Source of the DNA: Candidatus Sulfobium sp.
Lineage (GTDB): Bacteria; Nitrospirota; Thermodesulfovibrionia; Thermodesulfovibrionales; UBA6898
Direction: 5' to 3'
NCBI GenBank assembly: GCA_037380845.1
Contig: JARRRI010000061.1
Location: 1 to 16,459, forward strand
DNA length: 16,459 bases
The translations under genes and the position numbers were made by a program. How positions within the stretch are numbered: position 1 is the stretch's first letter; each line of letters opens with the position of its first letter. Shown here one piece after another: positions 1-7,372 of this stretch. The notes under the pieces are model-generated. The model was given only the letters and a program-made list of their open reading frames with translations, was not told where the DNA came from and ran no database searches.

Positions 1-1395
1 ATAGACCAGCTTCTAGGATCAGGGAACACCTTCTGGGTAAATTCTTCAAATCACACCCTTATTGAAGTTTTCTGCGGTTTAATCGCCATCATTATTGGTC
101 TGATATTGTCCTGGGAATATCTGGTTTCGGGGAAAAAGAATATTCTTTTTCTTGTTTATGCACTCTTTTCCATGGGTATCTTTGACTTCTTTCATGCTTT
201 TTCTGATTACTGTCACAATCTCTTCGTGTGGTTCCATTCTTCCGGCGCTTTTTGGGGCGCCGCTCTTATGTTCTCTTCAACATTTTTCATCAGCCGTGAA
301 ATCGGAAACAAAAAGTCAAAAATTTGGACGAGACGATTTCATATATTATTGGGTATCGGGTTGGTCCTTCTTTATGCGCTGCTGTCCATGAAATATTATC
401 TTTTAATTCCCGATGTCCTTCGAATGAAACTGCCGCATCATACTCATATAACTTTAGTAAAGGGACATTTCAGCGATTTTATCTATATCTTCAATTTCTC
501 CGCGTGCTTATTCTTTTTATTTTCCGGCTTCTTTTTCATTAAAGGTTTTCTGAAATCAAACGATGTCATTTATTTAATTTTCGGATTAACTGCCCTGCTC
601 CTGTTTGAAAGTGAGATTTCTTTCACGATCTCAAACTTATGGGATTTTATGTGGTGGTACTGGCACTTCATCAAAGTCATTGTTTTTTCAGGTCTGTTGC
701 TGGGACTTGCCTATGGATTCGCACGTTCTTTTTATAATCTTGACAAGTCAAAAATGGCATTATCGACGCTGCTTAAAGAAATAGAACATAAAAATGTTGA
801 AATCATGAAAGCATACGATAGATTAAAGGAGACACAGAGATATCTGAGCGAGTCGGAAAAACTTGCCTCTATAGGCAAGATTGCGGCATCAATGGCGCAT
901 GAAATAAGAAATCCATTAGGAGCAATCACAAATTCTCTTGAAGTTCTGAAGAAATACGGCTCTGCAAGCGTAGAAGATGCCGAATTATTTGAAATTCTTG
1001 ATAAAGAAATAGACCGGCTGAACAAGCTGGTAGAGGATTTTCTGAGTTATTCCAGGCCATCCAGACTGAACGTGCAGAAGACAGATATAAATGGGCTGAT
1101 TGGCGAAACGCTTAAGGTTTTTAAAATGAACGAAAAGACCAGGGGGTTGATCATCAGAGAAATATTTACTTATCCCATCCCTCTTGTTCAAATCGATAAT
1201 CATAAAATAAAGCAGGTTTTGTTAAATATCTTCTTTAATGCTCTTCAGGCGATGCCGGCCGGGAAAGGTGTCTTATCTGTACAGACAAAATATAAAAAAA
1301 CGGAAAATGAAGCAGAAATAAATATTACTGATACAGGAACCGGAATGTCTGACGACATTCTGGCCAGAGTTTTTGAACCTTTTTTTGCCCGTTAA
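1..1395 (+). CDS. Membrane sensor histidine kinase (MASE3-like multi-TM N-terminus, HisKA, HATPase_c); 5' end outside the window; C-terminus truncated (probable pseudogene or assembly lesion)
   Basis: Frame is open from base 1 (IDQLLGSGNTFWVNSSNHTLIEVFCGLIAIIIGLILSW...), so 106 is not the true start. Several TM helices carry HxxxE, DxxH and WxH motifs typical of MASE3. H-box AHEIRNPL, N-box QVLLNIFFNALQAM, G1 DTGTGM and F-box FEPFF are present; a stop follows 2 codons later and there is no G2 box (GxGLGL). Confidence 0.9.
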   Translation: MDQLLGSGNTFWVNSSNHTLIEVFCGLIAIIIGLILSWEYLVSGKKNILFLVYALFSMGIFDFFHAFSDYCHNLFVWFHSSGAFWGAALMFSSTFFISREIGNKKSKIWTRRFHILLGIGLVLLYALLSMKYYLLIPDVLRMKLPHHTHITLVKGHFSDFIYIFNFSACLFFLFSGFFFIKGFLKSNDVIYLIFGLTALLLFESEISFTISNLWDFMWWYWHFIKVIVFSGLLLGLAYGFARSFYNLDKSKMALSTLLKEIEHKNVEIMKAYDRLKETQRYLSESEKLASIGKIAASMAHEIRNPLGAITNSLEVLKKYGSASVEDAELFEILDKEIDRLNKLVEDFLSYSRPSRLNVQKTDINGLIGETLKVFKMNEKTRGLIIREIFTYPIPLVQIDNHKIKQVLLNIFFNALQAMPAGKGVLSVQTKYKKTENEAEINITDTGTGMSDDILARVFEPFFAR

Positions 1396-1456
1396 TCCTG
1401 ACGAGACTGCTCTAAGGGAAGAAACGGAAACTGTGACATCACTGGAACATAATTAA
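1382..1456 (+). pseudogene. Probable orphaned C-terminal tail of the histidine kinase in the +1 frame
   Basis: Reads FLPVNPDETALREETETVTSLEHN*. 'FLP' matches the usual last strand of HATPase_c, and its TAA (1454-1456) sits 1 nt before the GTG start of the regulator. Confidence 0.6.
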
Positions 1457-1457
1457 G

Positions 1458-2819
1458 GTGGCAGAAAAGAAAACAAATATTATGGTTATCGACGATCAGG
1501 ATGGCATGAGAAGAAGTCTTGCCATCTTGCTCAGAAGAGCCGACTTTCACGTTACAGAGGCCGAAAACGGCGAGGCGGCTATTTCGCATCTTCACCGTAC
1601 GACCTTTGATGTCGTTATTACTGACCTGAAAATGTCGCCTGGTACAGGTATGGATGTGCTGTACTATATCAAAGAAAAGCACCCCCTGACTGAAGTGATA
1701 ATTATGACAGGGTACGGCACCATAGATTCGGCGGTTCTGGCGATGAAAATGAAGGCTTATGATTACATAGCGAAGCCTTTCAAACATGAAGAACTCATTC
1801 ACAGAGTGAGAAAAGCCGTGAATCATCTGGAAACCAAGAAAGAAATGGCGGAAATGCATTCCATTGGGAAGAGAAATGGTAGATTTATGTATATAAAGGG
1901 GACCAGCCAGGCAATTCAAGACTTGACATCATTATGCGACAGGATCGCACGAGTCGATCTGCCTGTACTTATAACCGGGGAAACGGGAACTGGAAAGAAT
2001 CTTATTGCAAAGACAATACACGGCTTAAGCTCCCGGTCTGAAAAACCTTTGATTTCAGTTAATTGCGCTGCCGTTCCTGAATATCTGCTTGAAAGTGAAC
2101 TCTTCGGTCACGCAAAGGGCGCTTTTACAGGAGCTCTGATGGACAGAAGAGGTTTGTTTGAGGAAGCGGAAGGAGGCTCATTGCTTCTTGACGAAATAGG
2201 GAGTATGCCGATCACGATGCAGGCAAAGTTGCTCGATGTTCTTCAGGAACGCATGATCCGTCAGGTTGGAAGCAACAAGACAAAAAAAGTTGATGTCAGA
2301 ATTATGGCTGCGACTAATACTGACCTCGAGCGGGCCGTTCTGGACGGCAATTTCCGTGAAGACCTCTATTACAGGATAAAAGTCACACATATTCATATTC
2401 CTCCTCTGAGAGAACATTCCGAAGATATTCCCATTCTCGTCCGGCATTTCCTCGACCTGTGCAGGCAGGAATTCTCCCGGCTTGATTTAACGTTTACGCC
2501 TGAGGCAATCTCTTTGCTGTCATCGTATGACTACCCGGGCAATATCAGAGAGCTTTCTAACATTGTATCCAGCGCAGCCGCAATTTCTCGGGATGCCACC
2601 ATAACTTCGCAGGACCTCGCATTAAGCTTTACGAACAAATTATTTGAAATGTCCGCAGGCTCAGATCAGGAAAGCCCTCCTGAAACTCTTGATGAATGGG
2701 AAAAGGACCTCATTATGAAGAGTATAAAGAAACATGATCAGAATCTTTCAAAAGTCAGTGCTGAATTAGGGATCGGCAGGACCACGCTCTGGAGAAAAAT
2801 GAAGAAGTATAATATTTAA
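1458..2819 (+). CDS. NtrC-family sigma54-dependent response regulator (REC, AAA+, Fis-type HTH)
   Basis: Receiver motifs VIDDQ, ITDLKM, MTGY and KPF; Walker A GETGTGK; ESELFGH; GAFTGA; Walker B LLLDEIG; FREDLYYR; PGNIREL; C-terminal HTH SAELGIGRTTLWRKMKKY. Confidence 0.97.
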   Translation: MAEKKTNIMVIDDQDGMRRSLAILLRRADFHVTEAENGEAAISHLHRTTFDVVITDLKMSPGTGMDVLYYIKEKHPLTEVIIMTGYGTIDSAVLAMKMKAYDYIAKPFKHEELIHRVRKAVNHLETKKEMAEMHSIGKRNGRFMYIKGTSQAIQDLTSLCDRIARVDLPVLITGETGTGKNLIAKTIHGLSSRSEKPLISVNCAAVPEYLLESELFGHAKGAFTGALMDRRGLFEEAEGGSLLLDEIGSMPITMQAKLLDVLQERMIRQVGSNKTKKVDVRIMAATNTDLERAVLDGNFREDLYYRIKVTHIHIPPLREHSEDIPILVRHFLDLCRQEFSRLDLTFTPEAISLLSSYDYPGNIRELSNIVSSAAAISRDATITSQDLALSFTNKLFEMSAGSDQESPPETLDEWEKDLIMKSIKKHDQNLSKVSAELGIGRTTLWRKMKKYNI

Positions 2820-2827
2820 TAAGGAAA

Positions 2828-3100
2828 TTACTTAAGCCATTTGATCAAGTTTATAGTAATAAGGAAGTTTTCCCCCTCCTCCTCTTTGACGAGCCGATAA
2901 AACTCACAGATCCTGCAGTCCTTATATTTTTTCGCAAAACTTCCGACGGGCTCCCCACCGCACATGGTCCCGGCCACTACCCAGCACACTCTTCCGGCGT
3001 GTTTCCCGCCATGAGCACCATCGAGTTCATCAAATACAGCTGCGGGACAAACGCCCAGTTCCTCAGCGTTCACTCCCCCGGCCTCTCTTCCGCACTTCAT
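2828..3100 (-). CDS. Small Cys-rich protein, two-CW-domain-like (putative metal or Fe-S binding)
   Basis: KCGRExGG...GVCPAA...HGGKHAGRVCWVVAGTMCGG...CRICEFY: six Cys in the pattern recalled for two-CW domain proteins. GGGAG lies just upstream of the ATG. Confidence 0.75.
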   Translation of the reverse strand: MKCGREAGGVNAEELGVCPAAVFDELDGAHGGKHAGRVCWVVAGTMCGGEPVGSFAKKYKDCRICEFYRLVKEEEGENFLITINLIKWLK

Positions 3101-3110
3101 TATCTCCCAG

Positions 3111-3848
3111 CTAACGTAAACTGCTCTCGTATCTCCCTTTTAAAATAATGTTTCCTCTCTGAATCAATTTCTTTAACCGTCCGAGTGTAGTTCCAATTCC
3201 CTCTGACGCTTTACCGCCGTCCAAATATGCTCTCAGGGCATTGTTGAACTGATTATAGAACTCCTCATCCAAATGAATGAAATCATTATTATCTCCGTCA
3301 GATAAGTTGTCGGCATTTCTGCTGCCCATGATTGTGAATAGTTCATCCCACTGCAATTTCGCGTTGTATAACGATAGACGCACTTGATCCTCTTCCAATA
3401 ATTCCGGTGTGATGCAATCGTCGCGAAATGTCCTGATATGCTCAAGTAAACCCTCTAAATCCGGATAGCATCTCCGCGTAAGCAATAACAACTGCTGTAC
3501 CGCGGCTACAGACCATATGAAATCTGAAGAAATATCCCCTTTTAAATAGAGTATTGCCGCATTATTGAAATATTTTGCAAACTCTCTGTTCTGTACCAAA
3601 TAATCATTCCATTCTATATAAGAGATCAGGTTACTCTTTCTCCTTTCCGTGACAGCCGCTGTAACTGCATCCCAATATTTTTGCGAATGATGAAGGAAAG
3701 AACGTATTTCCCGCCCCCCGGTTTGTCGGATACAGGCATAATCTTTCTGCCCGGCAATCACGGCGGCATTTCTTCCACCGTTTTGCAAGGACGCACATGA
3801 TGTCAGGTTTGCTATTAACAATCCAAACAAGAGTAAATTCAGTTTCAT
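3111..3848 (-). CDS. Hypothetical lipoprotein
   Basis: 245-aa ORF with signal peptide and lipobox (MKLNLLLFGLLIANLTS-C). No family recognised and no clear Shine-Dalgarno. Confidence 0.7.
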   Translation of the reverse strand: MKLNLLLFGLLIANLTSCASLQNGGRNAAVIAGQKDYACIRQTGGREIRSFLHHSQKYWDAVTAAVTERRKSNLISYIEWNDYLVQNREFAKYFNNAAILYLKGDISSDFIWSVAAVQQLLLLTRRCYPDLEGLLEHIRTFRDDCITPELLEEDQVRLSLYNAKLQWDELFTIMGSRNADNLSDGDNNDFIHLDEEFYNQFNNALRAYLDGGKASEGIGTTLGRLKKLIQRGNIILKGRYESSLR

Positions 3849-3992
3849 GTTATTATTTTCGCATGAATATCATCCATATCTCAATGTCTATTATTATTGC
3901 GATGAGTTCCAACTTTTCCAACCCTTTTAAAGTCTATACTTGCGGGTTAGAATGTTCACGTTACATTCAGGACATCCATAGGCGATTGCGCC

Positions 3993-4021
3993 ATTATATC
4001 CTCGCCCTTTATCATGAGCAA
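3993..4021 (-). promoter_or_regulatory. Putative sigma70 promoter for the lipoprotein and two-CW genes
   Basis: Minus strand reads TTGCTC-N17-TATAAT (perfect -10, 17-bp spacer), about 145 nt upstream of the 3848 start, in an intergenic gap. Confidence 0.45.
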
Positions 4022-4084
4022 GTCTGTCGCCTGATGTATAAACTACCGGAATCAGCAATGCCGTCTGTGACAAATGGTCCTTTT

Positions 4085-4615
4085 TCACATTCCCTCTCTA
4101 AGAGTCCATTTGTCGCTCTCCGGGGTTATCCAATAAAGTTTTTCTCCGGAAAGGGTGCGGCCGGCTCTTGCTCCGCAGAGGACATCCAGTTTATATGAAA
4201 ACCTCAAATTAATTTCACCAAAGCCGTTGAGGTAAAGAGACGGGGTATCCCTGTCGATCTCCACTAGACTGTTTACGGCCAATTCCCGGCCCGGCGGCAG
4301 GGAAGAGTTTCCGCCGTCCGGGAATACACCGTCCCGATCGTGCATCAGTTTGATCCATTGACCGAGAGCTTCAGCCTGAGCAAAGAACTCCCTCGTGAAC
4401 CCCGTGAGAACGACCCTGGCTTTGGATATATTCTTGAGCGATAATGTGATCTTATAAGTTCCGCCTCCCTGATAGGAAATGTTCTTAATTCCAACATTCA
4501 CGCAACTGGAGTTCGTGCCATACCCGTAATTAGCCCGGGGGCAAATCAGCAGTGCCATAATGAAGCCGGCACATAAAATCGAATACCTGGCAATTTTGAT
4601 TTTCATCTTTTGCAT
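4085..4615 (-). CDS. Exported hypothetical protein; paralog of 15976..16459 and distant paralog of 6143..6730 and 5553..6104
   Basis: N-terminal signal or TM segment; motif Y-x7-N-x-S-x15-Q-x6-W; C-terminus LYWITPESDKWTLRE versus LYWIIPGTDHWMLRE in the paralog; AGGAG upstream. Confidence 0.8.
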   Translation of the reverse strand: MQKMKIKIARYSILCAGFIMALLICPRANYGYGTNSSCVNVGIKNISYQGGGTYKITLSLKNISKARVVLTGFTREFFAQAEALGQWIKLMHDRDGVFPDGGNSSLPPGRELAVNSLVEIDRDTPSLYLNGFGEINLRFSYKLDVLCGARAGRTLSGEKLYWITPESDKWTLREGM

Positions 4616-4682
4616 GACCGGCAGAATCTCCTATTCTGTTCGACTGACATGAATATTGTTGAAATTCACCAGACAACTTCCC

Positions 4683-5090
4683 TTATTTGACGTCGACAGT
4701 AATGACTGCCGTGTCTTCCTTATTGCCATCATTTATACGGATATAAACTTCCCACTCGCCCGGCATGGTGAAATTCAGCCTTTCAATGAGATACCGATCT
4801 TTCCCCTTTTCCTTTATCACCGGCGCTTCACTTGAGCCATGCTGGTGGACCGGCATCCACGGCGCCGCTTCTATCTTCAGCTTTCCTCCGCCGGCCGCAC
4901 CCGTTTTCTTATCGACAACCGACAGTTCCATGGCATTCCTTCCCACTTTTACGCTGTCCGGAACTTCAACGGAAATATCGAACACACCGTTTTCCGTCGT
5001 TGCCTGAATTTTCTTGAAGCCCGTGAGGAAAAAGCCGCTGACCAGAATGGTCCCAACACAGACTATATACCTAAACCTCTTCTTATCCAT
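4683..5090 (-). CDS. YtkA/FixH-like exported protein, putative copper chaperone
   Basis: Hydrophobic N-terminus; KVGRN, WMPVHQHGS and RY...LNFTMPGEWEVYI match the YtkA-like pattern. Start moved to ATG 5090 because AGGAGG lies 7 nt upstream. Confidence 0.8.
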   Translation of the reverse strand: MDKKRFRYIVCVGTILVSGFFLTGFKKIQATTENGVFDISVEVPDSVKVGRNAMELSVVDKKTGAAGGGKLKIEAAPWMPVHQHGSSEAPVIKEKGKDRYLIERLNFTMPGEWEVYIRINDGNKEDTAVITVDVK

Positions 5091-5120
5091 TAGCAACCTC
5101 CTCAAGATGACGCAGCGGTA

Positions 5121-5537
5121 TCATTGTCCAACAACGCTGACATCGACAACCGCGGAATCCTCCCTATTTCCGTTCTTTATTTTAATGTAAACTTCCCAAT
5201 CTCCGGCAGCGTCAAATCTAATATTTTCAATCGAGTACACTCCTTCTCCCTTGTATTTAATGACCGGCACCCCCGTGATGGCATGCACATTAGTCGGCAT
5301 CCAAGGAATAACTTCCAATTCAAGTTTCTTATTTACCGGCTCATTTGATTTCCTGTCATAGAAAATCAGTCTCATGGTATTCCTTCCCGTTTTAATGGGG
5401 CTGGTTAGAAATTCTGCAGAAACGATATAATTCCCCTGTTCCGATTCAGTCCTGCTGTTTTGAAAACCGAAAAGAAAAGGCCCGATCAGAAACAGGAAAA
5501 CCAGGGTTATCGTTCGTCTCAAGAGATACATATTCAT
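5121..5537 (-). CDS. Second YtkA/FixH-like exported protein
   Basis: KTGRN, WMPTNVHA and GVY...IRFDAAGDWEVYI; clear tandem paralog of 4683..5090. AGGAGG lies 8 nt upstream of ATG 5537. Confidence 0.78.
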   Translation of the reverse strand: MNMYLLRRTITLVFLFLIGPFLFGFQNSRTESEQGNYIVSAEFLTSPIKTGRNTMRLIFYDRKSNEPVNKKLELEVIPWMPTNVHAITGVPVIKYKGEGVYSIENIRFDAAGDWEVYIKIKNGNREDSAVVDVSVVGQ

Positions 5538-5552
5538 TAACAATACCTCCTG

Positions 5553-6104
5553 TCAGTGGGGCGGCATCGGGATCACGATAGGGACTTTGTTATCAGCGAA
5601 ATCGACCTGCGCCAAAATGTCCGCGTCCGTCATAAAAAAAGGCTTTAAATAAACGTATACATCCGTATACCTCTCAACAACCTCTTCCTCCTTAAAGGCA
5701 CTCTCGGGCAGGACGAATAAAGAACTATGAAGTTTCACCTGCATATAACCATCCATCAGTTACTAGGCATATGTGAGGTTGCGGTCTATGGCCCCGCGAT
5801 AGTGATAGAGGCGCGCTGTGACCCGGGGATGCGTCACATAAACAGGTTCATCAGATACATTGTCTACTTTGATCACTGCTTCATATTTCTCCGGCTGTTT
5901 TTTTATATCCCATGCATCATGTATATCGGGAAACACCATAAAAAAAGCAAGTTTTTCCAGACGCTCTTTTTTCTCCTTTTTTTCTCTGATGATCTGATCC
6001 TGCTTGTACCCTACATAATAATCGGCCAAGAAAACCGCGCAGAGAACCGCCATGATTATAATTATCGTCTTTTTCTTCTTTCTTAATGCTCCTGGCAGTT
6101 TCAT
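5553..6104 (-). pseudogene. Disrupted membrane-anchored ABC-accessory protein ending IPMPPH (ORFs 5763..6104 and 5553..5756 are one gene)
   Basis: Both ORFs share one frame and are separated by TAG TAA (5765-5760). RNLTYA**LMDGYMQV is colinear with RDLPYNEYLIRKYMHV of the adjacent paralog. About 33 codons are also missing near 5811-5816 relative to that paralog. Confidence 0.8.
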
Positions 6105-6142
6105 TGCACGGCCTTTGCTAAGCCAAGTTCACTATCATTCAT

Positions 6143-6730
6143 TTATCTGTTGATTTTTGTCTCATTCCAGTTCCTGAATGCCGTAATCGGCATGTAAAAG
6201 GGGACTTTCGTTTCTCCGAAATCTATAACTTTCCTGATCTCCTGATCACTCAGATAATAAGGCTTCAGGTAGACATATGACGACGACCTCCTCTCTACAA
6301 CTTCACCCTCCTTGAAACCGCTTTCAGGCACCACATACATAAAAATATAAAAATGGACATGCATATATTTTCTTATCAGATATTCGTTATAGGGCAAATC
6401 GCGACTAATCCTGACGTATTTCTTGAAGAGGCTCTGGTCTTCCGGCTCAATCTTATGGACCTGCTCTTCCTCTTTGTTTTCGTCGTCCTTTACGGGGACC
6501 TCGGTCCAGGAAATACTTCCCGTCTGGACAAATGCTTTCACTACAGGAGGCGATATATAGATAGCCTCGTCAGAGACATTGTCTGTCCTCAACCAGACTT
6601 CATATTCCTCGGTCATTTCAATATCCCTGGTGGGTCTGATGTCCCGGATATCGGCAGAGAGCATATAAAAAGCCTTTGTCTCCAGATCTCTGATCCTCGC
6701 GGATGAACCAACCGCTAATGCCCTGATATC
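6143..6730 (-). CDS. ABC-accessory exported-type domain, N-terminally truncated (no TM anchor; first in-frame ATG at 6664)
   Basis: Paralog of 5553..6104 (DNVSDE, PESxFKExEVVER, YVYLKP, KVP). Homology continues upstream of the ATG (RIRDLETKAFYM versus KKERLEKLAFFM), and the frame is open to 6730 without a canonical start. Confidence 0.7.
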   Translation of the reverse strand, partial: DIRALAVGSSARIRDLETKAFYMLSADIRDIRPTRDIEMTEEYEVWLRTDNVSDEAIYISPPVVKAFVQTGSISWTEVPVKDDENKEEEQVHKIEPEDQSLFKKYVRISRDLPYNEYLIRKYMHVHFYIFMYVVPESGFKEGEVVERRSSSYVYLKPYYLSDQEIRKVIDFGETKVPFYMPITAFRNWNETKINR

Positions 6731-7368
6731 TCAATATCATGGGTAGAATATAAAATAGTAATCCCCTTCTCTTCGGTGAGTTTCCTGAAGGTTTGTATTA
6801 CAAAAAGCCTGTTTTCCCTGTCGAGATTAGCGGTCGGCTCATCCGCAAGGATCATCAAGGGATGTGTTATCAAGGCACGCGCGATAGCCAGTCTCTGATT
6901 CTCCCCGCCGCTTAATTGAGTCGGCATATGATATATCCGGTGACCCAAACCGAGGGATTTAATCGTTTCTATCGCCTCCTCCTTGAGATTTCTGTTATTG
7001 CTCCTGGGCTTCCAGAAATTAAAAGGCAAAAGGGTGTTTTCAAGAACGTTAAGCATACGCAGAGGCTTTGCGTCCTGAAAAATAAAGCTGAATTTTTCCC
7101 TCCTGAAATTGACGAGTTTTTCCTCTGAAAGGGTATCTATCCTGACGCCTTCCAGATAAACCTCGCCGGTCGTAGGTTTGTCAAGGGCACCCAGTATGTT
7201 CAGCAATGTGGTCTTACCGGACCCGCTGGGACCGACAAGGGCAATAAGTCCGCCCTTATCTATATTCAAATTGATTCCATCGAGAGCCTTAACCTCTGAT
7301 GCTCCGGTAAAAAAAGACTTCCCTACATTATGCAATGCCAGGAAATGCTTGCTATCGCCGCTCGACAT
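6715..7368 (-). CDS. ABC transporter ATP-binding protein (LolD/MacB-like), apparently C-terminally truncated
   Basis: Walker A GPSGSGKT, Q-loop FIFQ, signature LSGGE, Walker B ILADEPTANLD and H-loop STHD. It stops shortly after the H-loop and lacks the terminal 'xxxMxDG' strands present in paralog 9834..10562. Confidence 0.9.
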   Translation of the reverse strand: MSSGDSKHFLALHNVGKSFFTGASEVKALDGINLNIDKGGLIALVGPSGSGKTTLLNILGALDKPTTGEVYLEGVRIDTLSEEKLVNFRREKFSFIFQDAKPLRMLNVLENTLLPFNFWKPRSNNRNLKEEAIETIKSLGLGHRIYHMPTQLSGGENQRLAIARALITHPLMILADEPTANLDRENRLFVIQTFRKLTEEKGITILYSTHDIEISGH

Positions 7369-7372
7369 AAAT

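Noticed and set aside
1..800. Low GC at the left end as evidence of horizontal transfer
   Set aside because: It is largely explained by Phe/Ile/Leu-rich TM codons, and no integrase, IS, tRNA or att repeat is visible.
2900..2920. CRICEF as a heme c attachment site
   Set aside because: It is CxxCE rather than CxxCH, and the protein has no export signal.
5760..5765. Pyrrolysine readthrough or stop-codon reassignment
   Set aside because: TAG is directly followed by TAA, and TAA, TAG and TGA all terminate normal genes in this window.
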